From an uncultured delta proteobacterium (GTDB taxonomy: Bacteria; Desulfobacterota; Syntrophia; Syntrophales; UBA2185), in contig CAVOID010000003.1 of the NCBI GenBank assembly GCA_963695875.1, positions 1 through 64,000 on the forward strand: a DNA stretch of 64,000 nt, written 5' to 3'. Positions 40,075 through 51,185 of the stretch are shown here, in pieces. How positions within the stretch are numbered: the first letter of the stretch is position 1; every line of letters starts with the position of its first letter. The translations under genes and the position numbers were made by a program. Below the pieces are notes generated by a model. It saw only the letters and a list, made by a program, of their open reading frames with translations. It ran no database searches and was not told the DNA's origin.

Positions 40075-40278
40075 ATGCCTTACGTAAATATTAAGATAAC
40101 AAAGGAAGGGGTTACACCGGAACAAAAAGCCGAACTTGTGCGCGGCGCAACGAAACTGCTGGTGGATGTCCTGGGGAAGAATCCTCAAACGACAGTTGTG
40201 GTTATTGAGGAAATCGAAACAGACAACTGGGGAATCGGGGGAGAAACGGTAACCGTGCGGCGGCGAAGAAGGCAATAA
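40075..40278 (+). CDS. 4-oxalocrotonate tautomerase family protein
   Basis: N-terminal Pro (MPYVNIKI), EQKAEL, NWGIGG; AGGAGG RBS. Confidence 0.92.
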   Translation: MPYVNIKITKEGVTPEQKAELVRGATKLLVDVLGKNPQTTVVVIEEIETDNWGIGGETVTVRRRRRQ

Positions 40279-40346
40279 ACGCATCACCGTTGCTAAAAGC
40301 CCAAGCCAGTATCCGGTTGTGTAATTTCGTAGAATTCGGATTTCAT

Positions 40347-41381
40347 ATGAACAGCATCGAACAAATTATTGAAAGACTGAAAGAAAATCAAGAAATTGCT
40401 CAAAAATTCTTCGAGATCGAAACAAGTGTTTTATCTATCCTCAATTTTAAGGATTTTTTGGAAAAACTGTTAACGGAAATACAGAATAAATTGAAGATTC
40501 CCTATGTGTGGATTTCGCTGATTGATAAAAGCGATATCACTGACATGATTCAAAAATCAGCAACATCGGAAATCCTGAGGGAGCGCACAAATGTTATTGA
40601 CAGGGATTTATTTCTAAAACTTATCAAGAATAAGACAGAGCCTATTCTCGTTAATGATGATTTAAGAACATTCTATGCACTTTTCCCCCAGCAGCATAAG
40701 CATCATATCCAGTCCCTTGCCGTTGCTCCACTGACGCTTGATGGTGAAATTATCGGCAGCTTGAACGAAGCGGATAATTCAAAGTCTCGATACCTGCCCG
40801 ATATGGATACGACTCTGCTTAAGCAGCTTGCCACTATCCTTTCTATCTGTCTGTCGAATGTTATGGCTCATGAAAGACTCAATATATTGGCATCGAGAGA
40901 TTCACTTACGGAATTGTTGAATCGCAGGTCCCTGGAACAGATACTCAAAAGGGAATTTGAGCGAGCAGTACGGTACAGGACACCACTTACCGTCGTTTTT
41001 ATCGATGTGGATGATTTCAAGATGGTGAATGATCGGTACGGCCACAAGGCCGGTGATGAGGTACTGAAATATGTGGCGACTCATTTATCGCACATGACTC
41101 GCGGGAGTGATGTTGTCGCAAGATTTGCAGGTGATGAGTTTATCATCATTCTTCCCAATACGCCTCTTGATGAAGCCTCTGAATTGACTAATCGTCTGCA
41201 GACTTTTTTTATCAATCATCCCCTGGATTTTGAAGGCATCCAGATCCAAGTATCAATAAGCTGCGGGTTATCGCAAATAGAAGAAGGGGCTGATGATGAC
41301 GCTACGTCTCTCTTGAAAAAGGCAGACAAGATGCTTTACAAGGCAAAGAAGAAAAAAAGTACAAGGCATTCCCACCTGTAA
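40347..41381 (+). CDS. GAF (DUF484-like) diguanylate cyclase
   Basis: DSLTELLNRR, DVDDFK, RGSD I-site, variant active site RFAGDEF. Confidence 0.88.
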   Translation: MNSIEQIIERLKENQEIAQKFFEIETSVLSILNFKDFLEKLLTEIQNKLKIPYVWISLIDKSDITDMIQKSATSEILRERTNVIDRDLFLKLIKNKTEPILVNDDLRTFYALFPQQHKHHIQSLAVAPLTLDGEIIGSLNEADNSKSRYLPDMDTTLLKQLATILSICLSNVMAHERLNILASRDSLTELLNRRSLEQILKREFERAVRYRTPLTVVFIDVDDFKMVNDRYGHKAGDEVLKYVATHLSHMTRGSDVVARFAGDEFIIILPNTPLDEASELTNRLQTFFINHPLDFEGIQIQVSISCGLSQIEEGADDDATSLLKKADKMLYKAKKKKSTRHSHL

Positions 41382-42306
41382 ATCCGATTGCCCTATCTTA
41401 CTAACGAGACGACCCCGCAACTTCTCGATGGATTGTTTCGCGGCAGAAGGATTCTTAAGCCTGATGGCGCCGATGATGTAACGGCCAGACTGCTCCACGA
41501 ATACGCCTCCATACAAGGGATCGACAGCTGCTATGGAGATTCGATCGGAAAGCTCGGTCACTTTCATGCCCTGACCCTCAGTCTTCAGATAAGAACGATA
41601 TTGATCAACGGCCTTTCGAGCAGCATCCTGTGAATCCTCGGGCACCACGAAGACCTGTACCTGTTCGTCTTCTAGAATTGCATCAGCTATAATGCCCCGG
41701 CGGAAAAAGGCATATCCCAGGAGGCTTTTGGCGATATATCGTTCACTCTTCGGCACTATCCCCGGTATTCTTAGAATCTCAAGCTCTCTAGGAGGGCCTG
41801 CATTTAAAGGGAGGTTCTGCGAGACAGCTCGACCACAAGCAAAGAATATGTCCTGTTTCAGGCTCGTCGTTCCGGTAACTTGAATTCTGACAAAGTACCT
41901 GTCCTGATAAAACATCAGTTGAGACGAAGAAACAAATCCCTCGGCACCTATGGTAACCCACGAAGCATTCGTCTTCCGGTAGTTGGAATAAATCCCGAAG
42001 GCATCTATCAGGGAACCCATCTTATAGACATCGGCTATAATCCACAACTCCGGGTTTCTTCTATTCACATATGTGGCCGTGGCGAGCACCTCAAACCCGT
42101 AAGGAAAATAGAGCTCCGCTTCACCATTAATATGATCGAACAAATTATCCTTATTGAAGAGAGTTGCCTTGTCCTTAATAACCCAGTCTTCAGAACACCC
42201 GCCCGCAAGCAGAACATTCCCCATGGACCTGTCAGCAGCAAACAGCGGGACCTGGTGCACAAAATACGCATATAATCATTAAGTAGATCATGCCGGATCG
42301 GCACAT
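41268..42306 (-). CDS. DUF6599-like exported protein (N-terminal frameshift; C-terminus uncertain)
   Basis: LFDHINGEAELYFPYGF, DAFGIYS, LLGYAFF; GGAGG RBS and hydrophobic leader from 42306 are in another frame. Confidence 0.7.
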
Positions 42307-42380
42307 TGATAACCTCCGTGTCAGCAAGAATTAAATTGTTCGAATACCATGCCATGTTTATGAAATAATGCTTTTCCCCA

Positions 42381-42499
42381 GGCTGTTCAATAACGCTCAG
42401 ATGCAAGGCCCCGAAATCCTGAGGCGCGAGGTGTACTAGGGTGTACGCCGCAGCGATGAAGGATGAGGAAACGCCGCAGATTGGCATTTGTCAACAGCA
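42381..42499. mobile_element. MITE-like palindromic element
   Basis: Imperfect terminal IRs GGCTGTTCAATAA / TTTGTCAACAGC around an internal hairpin centred on GTGTAC-TAGG-GTGTAC. Confidence 0.6.
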
Positions 42500-42500
42500 C

Positions 42501-43676
42501 CTATACCAGTAATTTTCTGGCCCTCTCCATCTTCTTTGGAATATCAAGACCATTGACGCATCTTGCTACACATAACGAACAGTCAAGGCATACAGCGGCG
42601 GACATAGCAGAAGGGATCTCATTGTACGTAGAACGTGCAAGTTCAGCGCTCTTGTATGCCTCTGCATACATAAGGCAACGGTTGACCGTACTGATCGCCA
42701 CTCCCTTTGGACAGGTCGTTTCGCATTTTCCACAGAGGTGGCAGTAGTAGGGCCGCACAGCGGAGCTGTAATTTTTCAGGATAAGATTGTCCATGAAGCC
42801 AAATTTCATTCCCATTATAGCAATGTCTTCCCTGAGCTCTGCCATGTCTCTCATGCCGGGAATTGCAGCGGTGATATGCTTATTTTGAAGAGCCCATTTT
42901 AGGGCTGCCTGGTGGGGGCTGATCGGACCCAGTGCATCAGTTTCATAACCTCCTGCCTGTGTCTTCATCGCAATGATCCCGATTTTTGCCTGTGCGGCCC
43001 TTGCTATTGCTTCCTTTACATCCGTGTTGCTCTTGAAGTTGTACCCCACAAGGGCCATGTCGAAGAACCTGTCGCGATCGTCTACAAGCGCATTGAGCAC
43101 GTCTGCCTGATTTGTGTGTGAGGTCACCCCGAAGAAACGCACCTTCCCCTGCTCTTTCAGTTTTATAAGGGCTTCTCGAGTCTCCGGGATGAATACACGG
43201 TCCTTGCTTGTCAGATTATGCATCTGGATTACATCAATATAATCGGTCCCGAGTGCCCTGAGACTTGTTTCAACATCATCGAATATATCCTCTTTCGACT
43301 TCGAGGAGGGTTTTATCTTCGTCGCTACATACACCTTATCACGCTTGCCTTTTAATGCCCTTCCGACAATTTCTTCGTTCTTGCCGCCCATGTATCGCCG
43401 CGCAGTGTCGACGTAGTTGACACCATGATCGAAGGCGATCCTCATCACCTCTGCCTCCGGCGTCAGCATTGCCCCAAAGCTCACGATCGTGATCTTCAGT
43501 CCTGTTCTGCCAAGGGTTCTGTAGACGGGCGAGGGAAAGACGAAAGAGTCCGATGATGCATAGTCCATTGCATTGGCAAGGCCTTCCCACCCGAGCAGCG
43601 CCGATGTCGTCCCTGCCAGCCCAACCTTCAAGAAATCTCTTCTTTTCATTCCGGAATATCCTTTTCTTCTGTACAT
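42501..43676 (-). CDS. Tat-exported aldo/keto reductase with C-terminal 4Fe-4S domain
   Basis: KRRDFLK Tat motif, YRTLGRTG, NYVDTARRY, SLRALGTDYID, CHLCGKCETTCP and CLDCSLCVARC. Confidence 0.9.
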   Translation of the reverse strand: MYRRKGYSGMKRRDFLKVGLAGTTSALLGWEGLANAMDYASSDSFVFPSPVYRTLGRTGLKITIVSFGAMLTPEAEVMRIAFDHGVNYVDTARRYMGGKNEEIVGRALKGKRDKVYVATKIKPSSKSKEDIFDDVETSLRALGTDYIDVIQMHNLTSKDRVFIPETREALIKLKEQGKVRFFGVTSHTNQADVLNALVDDRDRFFDMALVGYNFKSNTDVKEAIARAAQAKIGIIAMKTQAGGYETDALGPISPHQAALKWALQNKHITAAIPGMRDMAELREDIAIMGMKFGFMDNLILKNYSSAVRPYYCHLCGKCETTCPKGVAISTVNRCLMYAEAYKSAELARSTYNEIPSAMSAAVCLDCSLCVARCVNGLDIPKKMERARKLLV

Positions 43677-43710
43677 GGCGTCCTTCCTGTGATTCAGTAA
43701 ATCGTAGTAA

Positions 43711-44181
43711 TCACTTATTTAACTTCAGTACGTCCAGAATTTCTCCGATATCGGGTAACTGCTTGATGGGGTAAACCTTGACGAATATGACCTTCCCTGC
43801 CTCATTGACAATCACATTGGCCCTCTCCGAGAACCCTTCCGAGCGCAGGAGACCCATAGATTTAGCGACATCTCCGTGAGGCCAAAAATCAGCTAAAATT
43901 TTTGTCTTTTTGATCTTCAGGCTTTTGGCCCATGCTGCCTTGCAGGGTACACTGTCCACGCTCAAGCCAACCGCCACAGTGTTTAGTTTATCAAAGGACC
44001 TTATATTCTTTTCCAGAGCCTGCATCTGCAGGGCACAGATCGATGTCCAGGCCAGGGGATGAAATGACAAGAGCACTTTCTCACCCCTATATTCTGACAG
44101 CTGGAAATCCTGACCGTTCTGATCCTTCAATATAAAGTCGTTTACCTTCTTACCTGTTTGTATCAATATCTTTTTCTTCAT
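43711..44181 (-). CDS. AhpC/TSA (peroxiredoxin-like) redoxin
   Basis: FHPLAWTSIC (PxxxTxxC), SVDS, ADFWPHG, SERA. Confidence 0.88.
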   Translation of the reverse strand: MKKKILIQTGKKVNDFILKDQNGQDFQLSEYRGEKVLLSFHPLAWTSICALQMQALEKNIRSFDKLNTVAVGLSVDSVPCKAAWAKSLKIKKTKILADFWPHGDVAKSMGLLRSEGFSERANVIVNEAGKVIFVKVYPIKQLPDIGEILDVLKLNK

Positions 44182-44214
44182 AATAAAACCTCCATTCTTT
44201 TTTCAAGGTTTAAG

Positions 44215-45385
44215 TTATGGAACATATGGCGTCTTTAGATAATTCCTTGCCTCTACCTGAGCAGCACCTTCTCCACCTTCTACTTCCAGGGCATTGCAAT
44301 AGTATTCCTCAGCACGCTCCCTTTCTTTATAAGCATCCTTGAATCATTCCCAGACGCACAAAAGACCAGGCCCTAACCCGGGCGTTATAAGGGGATGTGT
44401 CCTTCAGAGCACTGAGGAAATATTCCGTTGCTTTTGCATATTCGCCCTTGCTGAAAAAAATCCTCCCCATTAATTGATCATAACGGGGCTGGAGTTGAGG
44501 GACAAAAGGAGGAGTGCCTGCCTGGATACCTTTTTCGATCCCTCGTGCTATGGCAAAAGCCTCTTCGAATCGATGCAGATCGGAAAGAGTATTGGCCAGC
44601 TGAAATGAAAAATTATAATTGCGGGGAAACTTCATCTTTAATTCCCTCGCAATGGGCAGAGCCCGGGCAGGTTGTTTTTCGAAATTGGTGTAAACCGAGG
44701 CGAGTTCAGCTTGCGCAAGTTCTCTCAGAAGATCTCCCTTTTGAGCAGCCAATTCCAACTCCTGGAGTCCTTTCTGGTGGTCCCCGGGAGTGATCATCCA
44801 GGAAGAAAAGACGCGGGTCAAACCCGAGAGATGATCGAGATGGTAATGGAGCAGGCCCATGGGAAAATTAATGTCATACCTTTGCGGATCTTCCTCCTTC
44901 CCTTTTTCCAGATAATCCCAAACATTCGAGGTCTCCTGCGCAATAACAACGTACTTTTTTTGGGAGATTGCCCAGCGAATTTTAGCTATTTTTGCCAGGG
45001 CCATGGCAAAGTAAGCCTGGCTATCTTTAGAATCCTTCTTTATCCTTTTCTCCCCTTTGCCTAAGGTTTCACTGACGTACCGAAGCATAGCCTCTTGATT
45101 TTTTTCCCGGTCCTTTGGTTCAAAGCTCATCTCATAGAAAAATAGATGAGCCAATGCCAGGAAGGCATATCCGGTCGGGTCATCACGGTCCAGCTCCACA
45201 GCTTTTTGAAAGTAGGTGTTTGCACTCTGAGTTTCCAGGTCAAAAGTTTTTTCAATTCCCTGCCTGAGATAGGAATGGAGTTGGGTAGGCCGCAATTGAG
45301 CAGCCTCCATGTCAGTTGCAATAAGGGAGATTTGGAAAAGTATACAAAGGGTGAGGATAAAGATTATAAGCCCTTTTTTCTTCAT
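44215..45385 (-). CDS. Exported TPR-repeat protein (frameshift near 44340)
   Basis: Signal peptide from MKKKG, TPR helices; C-terminus DAYKERERAEEYY...YVP* continues in another frame. Confidence 0.75.
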
Positions 45386-45554
45386 AAGCTTAACCTCAGA
45401 AGGCTGATTTCTCTTTCTTCTGCAATGATCTGCCACTTTTGTTTGGCTTGAAGTAAAATCTTTTTTGACACTAGCAGTTAAACTCATATTCTATTTCGAA
45501 CCTATTTATATCTTGAAATGAAACTGAAACCGGAATGCCGGAATGATTGTTAAT

Positions 45555-47249
45555 TTACAATTTTCCCGAACGAAAAATGGATATCAATAGCCAGACACCC
45601 AAGACACCGGCAATGGTATATCCTACAAGGCCAAGCATGGAAAAACCGAAAAGATGAGGGCCCAGGTTTGTCGTTATAATGAGAGATGATCCGATAATGA
45701 TAGAGGCTATAATCAGGGAAAAGGCAATCCTGTTTGATGACCGGTCCATTTCAAAGATAAAATTTTCAAGCCCCCGATGTTCAAACCGTATTCGCGATTT
45801 TCCTTGTTTAATCTGCGTCAGGATATCGTGCAAATCTTCAGGAATTGACTTCAGGAGTTGAACAAGCGCGCCGCCGGATTCAATAAAATCGCCGAGTAAC
45901 CTTTTGGGGTGCATCTTCTCCATCTGCAGTCGTTTGATGAAGGGTGCCACCCTTTCCGTCATATCGAAATCAGGGTCCATCAAAAGGCCCACTCCTTCAA
46001 CCTCTGTCAGGGCTTTGACCATAAGGAAAATATCGGGTGGCAGCCGCAATCGATGGCGGACAAATAGTCCTAAGAATTCCTGGAGAAGATACCCCATGCG
46101 TATTTCCTTTAGAGGTTTGTAGAGATGCAACTCCATGAAACTGGCAATGTCCCTTTCGAGTGCATGGCGATCCGGTTCGTTCTCCCACTCTACAATTTTA
46201 AGAGTCGCAGTCGCGATCTTTGATTCATCACGGAGGACATATCCATAAAGAATGGTCGCAAAGTTGTGTCTTGATTTTTGGTCGACATGCCCCATCATGC
46301 CGAAATCAAGGTAACAGATGACGTTGCCAGGCAGAACACAAACATTTCCCGGATGTGGGTCGGCATGGAAAAAACCGTTCACGAAGATCTGCTCGAGCAT
46401 CAGATCTGCTCCGCGGGAAGCAATAGTCTTCCGATCAAATCCTCTCTGATCCAATGACGTAATGTCTGATACCTTGATCCCCTCGACATATTCCATTGTC
46501 AGGACATGTTCCGTTGTCAACTGTCTGAATATTCTGGGGACGTAGATATTTTCGTTGCCCAGAAACTGCCTGGCGAAGCGTTCCACGTACGATGCCTCAA
46601 TATTGAAGTTGATTTCCTTCTCCAGAGTAACGGCAAATTCTTCAACGATTCTTGTGGGCCGATATATCTCCAGTTCTTCAATGTACTTTTCAGCCAGCGC
46701 AGCCAGGTGAAACATGATTTCCAGATCCACGTCTATGATTTTTCGCATACCCGGACGCTGCACTTTGACAATTACCTCTTCACCTGTCTTCAGCTGCGCC
46801 CGGTGAACTTGCGCAATAGATGCTGCTGCCAGGGGCGACTCATGAAAGTGGAGAAAAGTATCGGTGAGAGAGGCGCGCAATTCACGCTCCACAATCTCTT
46901 TCACCTGAGAGAAGGGAAACGGAGGGACATTATCCTGCAGTTTTTCTAGCTCCCGGATAAATTCAACGGGGATGAGGTCGGGACGGGTAGAGAGGATCTG
47001 ACCCATTTTGATGAACGTGGGGCCCAATTCCTCAAATGTCATGCGGAGACGTTCATATCTACTCAGAACATCAAATCGCTCGCGTGGCTTGCGGGAAATC
47101 ATGCGGATGCCGATATCCAGGTACTGGCCTAGATGGAGTCTGTCGATAAGGCTCTCAAATCCGTATCTGAACAATACGGCAAGTATCTGACGATATCGGC
47201 TGATGTTACGGTATGTCCGCGAGACAATACCAATCTTATGGATACGCAT
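45555..47249 (-). CDS. AarF/UbiB/ABC1 family kinase-like protein
   Basis: LGPTFIKMGQILSTRPD, AAASIAQVH, VKVQRP, FFHADPHPGN, DFGM. Confidence 0.93.
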   Translation of the reverse strand: MRIHKIGIVSRTYRNISRYRQILAVLFRYGFESLIDRLHLGQYLDIGIRMISRKPRERFDVLSRYERLRMTFEELGPTFIKMGQILSTRPDLIPVEFIRELEKLQDNVPPFPFSQVKEIVERELRASLTDTFLHFHESPLAAASIAQVHRAQLKTGEEVIVKVQRPGMRKIIDVDLEIMFHLAALAEKYIEELEIYRPTRIVEEFAVTLEKEINFNIEASYVERFARQFLGNENIYVPRIFRQLTTEHVLTMEYVEGIKVSDITSLDQRGFDRKTIASRGADLMLEQIFVNGFFHADPHPGNVCVLPGNVICYLDFGMMGHVDQKSRHNFATILYGYVLRDESKIATATLKIVEWENEPDRHALERDIASFMELHLYKPLKEIRMGYLLQEFLGLFVRHRLRLPPDIFLMVKALTEVEGVGLLMDPDFDMTERVAPFIKRLQMEKMHPKRLLGDFIESGGALVQLLKSIPEDLHDILTQIKQGKSRIRFEHRGLENFIFEMDRSSNRIAFSLIIASIIIGSSLIITTNLGPHLFGFSMLGLVGYTIAGVLGVWLLISIFRSGKL

Positions 47250-47267
47250 TAATTATTCCTTGGACCC

Positions 47268-47555
47268 TCAAGGTTTTTCCAACCGTTCCAGTCTTTCCTT
47301 TATTTCATCAAGTTCTTTTCGCGTGGGGATATTCATTCGATTCAGGAAACCGGTAATTATTTTTTCCACTTTTTCTTCCAAATCTTTTCTAGCCTGTTTC
47401 GATTTTTCTACAAATTCATTAACGGCCTCACGCGCCTCTTTCTCTGTCATCTCTCCTTTTTTCACGAGATCATCCATCATTTCCTGGATTTTTTCTGTTG
47501 TAATAATAGCCAATCCTGCACCGGCCAATGTCATTTTCCTGATATAATCAAGCAT
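47268..47555 (-). CDS. Phasin-family / PHA granule-associated small protein
   Basis: LAGAG...DLVKKGEMTEKEA...IPTRKEL..IKERLERLE; typical partner upstream of ABC1 kinases. Confidence 0.8.
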   Translation of the reverse strand: MLDYIRKMTLAGAGLAIITTEKIQEMMDDLVKKGEMTEKEAREAVNEFVEKSKQARKDLEEKVEKIITGFLNRMNIPTRKELDEIKERLERLEKP

Positions 47556-47721
47556 TACGATCCCTCCTCTGCATTTTATTTATTTAATTTTAATTTTTAT
47601 ACAAGGAAATGTCAACATATTGGTTATTTCTCTGTTTTTTACATATGACATTTGCGCTCTACCGTCGTATATGATAGAAAGCAGGCTGGATAAATCAGGG
47701 CGATAATCACAAGGTATAAAT

Positions 47722-49914
47722 ATGAAAGCCAGCGAGATGATCGGGAAGGCAAGGGCTGAAGGAAGAACTGCACTGACGGAGGCGGAATCAAAACAACTTT
47801 TAAGGCATTTCGGCGTGCCCGTGGTTGATGAACTTGTAGCATATAGTATTGACGAGGTTATTTCACAGGCCGAAGCTGCTGGTTTTCCAGTGGTCATGAA
47901 AGGCCTGGGTACCCGGCTGACACACAAGACAGAACGCGGGCTTGTAAGGCTGAATTTGAAAAGCGCTGACGAAGTCCAAAAAGCCGCAATAGAGATTGTC
48001 GAAGCTGCAGGCGATGACCTTGAAGGATTTCTCGTATACCATATGGTTGAGGGCAGACGAGAATTCATGGCCGGGCTATTTCATGATGACCAATTCGGGC
48101 CTGTTATAATGTTTGGTCTGGGTGGTATTTTTGCTGAGGCATTGAGTGATGTAGTATTTCGAATTACACCACTTGATGAATCACATGCTTACGATATGAT
48201 AAATCAAATTCGAGCGATCGACTTACTGGGAAAGTTCCGTGGCGAGCAGGCAGTTAGGACTGAGCAGATAATCCAGACCCTTGTTGGTCTATCCCGGCTA
48301 GGTATTGAGCATCCGGAAGTGAAAGAGGTCGATGTCAATCCACTTCTCGCCGGTCCTGATGGATGGGTGACTGCCGTGGATGCACTCGTCATTCTCAATG
48401 ATGCGCCTTTGAAAAAATCTGTCCGGAAACCCATAGACCCGGCAGCGATACGAACCATCTTCCACCCTCGTTCGATAGCAATCATCGGTGCATCTTCCAC
48501 ATTCGGCAAATGGGGATACACGCTGTTCATCAATGTTGCTGCAGGAAATTTCAAAGGGGAGATTTATCTGGTCAATCCTAGTGGTGGTGAGATTGCAGGA
48601 AGGCCTGTATACAAATCTATGGCAGATATTCCCGGTCCTGTAGACCTTGCTGTCATAACAGTCCCCGCAACTAAGGTCATCGATCTGATACCTCAACTCA
48701 AGGCAAAGAATATTAAAAGTGTAATTTTAGTCACTTCAGGTTTCAGTGAGACGGGGAAAAAAGGGATGCGTTTAGAGGAACAATTGGTAGAAGAAGCGCG
48801 TGAGGCTGGCATTACTATTCTCGGACCGAATACAATGGGTATATGTAACCCACATGTAAATTTATTCTGCTTGTATCAGAACTCACAGCCAAAGTCCGGC
48901 TCAACGACATTAGTCGCCCAATCAGGTAATCTGGGAACACAGCTTCTAGCATTTGCCGAAAGTGAGGGTATCGGCATACGGGCGTTCATAGGGTCCGGAA
49001 ATGAAGCGATGATAACTATTGAAAATTACATGGAATTTGTTGAATTTGATGACTTGACAAAAACGGTAGTCTTATACATAGAGAGCATAAAAGACGGCCG
49101 GCGCTTCTTTGAGACAACCAGGAGGGTAGCCCGCAAAAAACCTGTTATTATGCTTAAAGGGGGACGCACCAGCGCAGGAGACCGCGCTGCCACCAGCCAT
49201 ACAGGTGCCATGGCTTCCGATATCAAAGTCTTCGCTGCAGCATGCCGTCAGGCGGGAGTTGTCATTGGAGAGACTTCCATGGAACTCCTTGACCTCTCAG
49301 CTGCATTTTCTTCGTTGCCGTTGCCCGAGGGCAGAAGGATTGCCATCATGACTTTGGGTGGAGGCTGGGGGGTCATTACAGCCGATCTGTGCATTGAACA
49401 TGGGCTGGAAGTCCCTGAACTTTCGGCGAATATATTATCGAAGATCGATCAAGTCCTTCCTCCATACTGGAGCCGCTCCAATCCAGTTGACCTTGTTGCG
49501 GAAATGGATCTCTCTGTTCCGGTGATGCTGATTGAAGAATTAGTGAAGTGGGATGGGTGCGATGCGGTTATTCATCTCGGTATTCTTGGACGGCAGCTAT
49601 TTGTTAAGAGGATGATTGAATCCTCTCTCAAGGTTGATCAGACCTCTGACCGTAAGTTATTTGAAAAAATTCCCCGTCGGTTGGCGGAGTTCGAAATCAG
49701 TTATAATGAACATGTGGTACGTTTGATGGAAAAGTATGGAAAACCGATATTAGGGGTCTGCCTCCTTTCTGACGAGAATACCCGCACTATTGCAGAGATC
49801 GAGGGGAGTCCTTATAAAGGGGTGGCCTTCCTCACACCCGAGCGGGCTGTAAAGGCGCTTGCCGGCATGTATTCGTACAAACGCTGGCTGGCTCTTGAGG
49901 GGATTTCATCATAG
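47722..49914 (+). CDS. Acetate/acyl-CoA ligase (ADP-forming), ATP-grasp domain N-terminal
   Basis: HKTERGLV, FGPVIMFGLGG, DVNP; CoA-binding IAIIGAS, GPNTMG, QSG, SHTGAMA. Confidence 0.92.
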   Translation: MKASEMIGKARAEGRTALTEAESKQLLRHFGVPVVDELVAYSIDEVISQAEAAGFPVVMKGLGTRLTHKTERGLVRLNLKSADEVQKAAIEIVEAAGDDLEGFLVYHMVEGRREFMAGLFHDDQFGPVIMFGLGGIFAEALSDVVFRITPLDESHAYDMINQIRAIDLLGKFRGEQAVRTEQIIQTLVGLSRLGIEHPEVKEVDVNPLLAGPDGWVTAVDALVILNDAPLKKSVRKPIDPAAIRTIFHPRSIAIIGASSTFGKWGYTLFINVAAGNFKGEIYLVNPSGGEIAGRPVYKSMADIPGPVDLAVITVPATKVIDLIPQLKAKNIKSVILVTSGFSETGKKGMRLEEQLVEEAREAGITILGPNTMGICNPHVNLFCLYQNSQPKSGSTTLVAQSGNLGTQLLAFAESEGIGIRAFIGSGNEAMITIENYMEFVEFDDLTKTVVLYIESIKDGRRFFETTRRVARKKPVIMLKGGRTSAGDRAATSHTGAMASDIKVFAAACRQAGVVIGETSMELLDLSAAFSSLPLPEGRRIAIMTLGGGWGVITADLCIEHGLEVPELSANILSKIDQVLPPYWSRSNPVDLVAEMDLSVPVMLIEELVKWDGCDAVIHLGILGRQLFVKRMIESSLKVDQTSDRKLFEKIPRRLAEFEISYNEHVVRLMEKYGKPILGVCLLSDENTRTIAEIEGSPYKGVAFLTPERAVKALAGMYSYKRWLALEGISS

Positions 49915-49982
49915 GATTTTAGTCGAACCCGTCTTCATCCCCCAGCACGTCATCAGGCCGTGTCTTCTATTGCGAACAGACG

Positions 49983-50429
49983 TCAGACCTTCTTGCGATC
50001 TTCCACCCGTATTTCCATCACGATCCGTCCCCATCCTTCGCATGCTACACCGACGTCAAAGCATCCTGACCGTTTGAATCTCATTTCATTAGGATCGGCA
50101 GCAGCATAAAGAAACTCTTGTGCCGTGAAAATCTGAGGCACAATCGCATTCAATGCATAAACACATATCCTCTTGGGAGATTGTGCCGTTAGCAGATTTC
50201 CGGCGCTGTCAAAATAGAACTTATCGCCGACCTTGTGCTGAGAGTTGCAGCCATGCGCGTCTACTACTTCTGCAATGATTGTCTTATTCATCAGCTCGGG
50301 CACCCTGGATAAGATATCTTCATTACGCGGGTTTGCCCGAAATTTCTTCATTTCCTCAGCGTTATAGCCCAAACGGTTTTGTATTATCTGCCACTTTTGG
50401 TTCTCCCAGATTGTATCCTTGTTATTCAT
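49983..50429 (-). CDS. TIGR04076-like Cys-containing protein
   Basis: GCNSQHKVGDKF, ICVYAL, GCFDVG..C.GWG. Confidence 0.65.
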   Translation of the reverse strand: MNNKDTIWENQKWQIIQNRLGYNAEEMKKFRANPRNEDILSRVPELMNKTIIAEVVDAHGCNSQHKVGDKFYFDSAGNLLTAQSPKRICVYALNAIVPQIFTAQEFLYAAADPNEMRFKRSGCFDVGVACEGWGRIVMEIRVEDRKKV

Positions 50430-50465
50430 AAGCGCCTCCATAGTCCATCTTTCTAAGTTATATTT

Positions 50466-50884
50466 CTATCTTCTCTCCCACGATTCAATATCACCTTCAA
50501 CTACCTTGAAGAGCGGGTGAGCTTTCGGCTTCTTAACTGTGCGAATCTTTCGATATCCCGACAAGTCGCGTGATTTCAATTTCGTCTTGAGGTGATTCAA
50601 TTCATATTTGAGTTGCCCGTCTGTAACTGGAATTCTTAAACAACGATGCTTTGGGCCAAGTTTGCCAGCATAAAAATGATAGCCGCGCCTGACGGCTTCT
50701 GAGTAGACGTACCATAGATAGCAATCAATGGCTGCGAATTAGCTCTAAATCTATCCAATTGGGGATGGTGCTTGTAACCTTTGGTCTGGTGCAGGAGAAC
50801 TTTCCGGGCAAGCAAACCTTCTCGCCAGAGAGACAGAAGCCCCTTAGCATCAAGGTACCCTGGATGTAAACACCACAATCGCAC
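50466..50884 (-). pseudogene. Pyrimidine dimer DNA glycosylase / T4 endonuclease V-like gene, frameshifted
   Basis: MRLWCLHPGYLDAKGLLSLWREGLLA...GYKHHPQLDRF; second frame IDCYLWYVYSEAVRRGY...PVTDGQLKYELNHL...HPLF...IESWER*. Confidence 0.8.
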
Positions 50885-51185
50885 AGACTATAGTTCCACC
50901 GTCGTTCCCATATACATCTATGCCTGCTTCCCAGTTTTACGGGCGATGACGACCTTGATTATCATGGCACAGTATCTAAAATAATAATTCTTAATTTATG
51001 TTTATCCACGAACTTTAAAATACTATCTTTTTAGAATATTACAAGCTTTTTCATAAGTTGCATCGTCGTCGTTGCGTACGTACCTATAAACACAAAAAGA
51101 CCCTTGCCATAGAAGGCGGAGCGTTGTATTTAGCAGTTTCTTTTTTGTTTGGACGGCTATTGTAATCATCATAGATAAATGAGTG

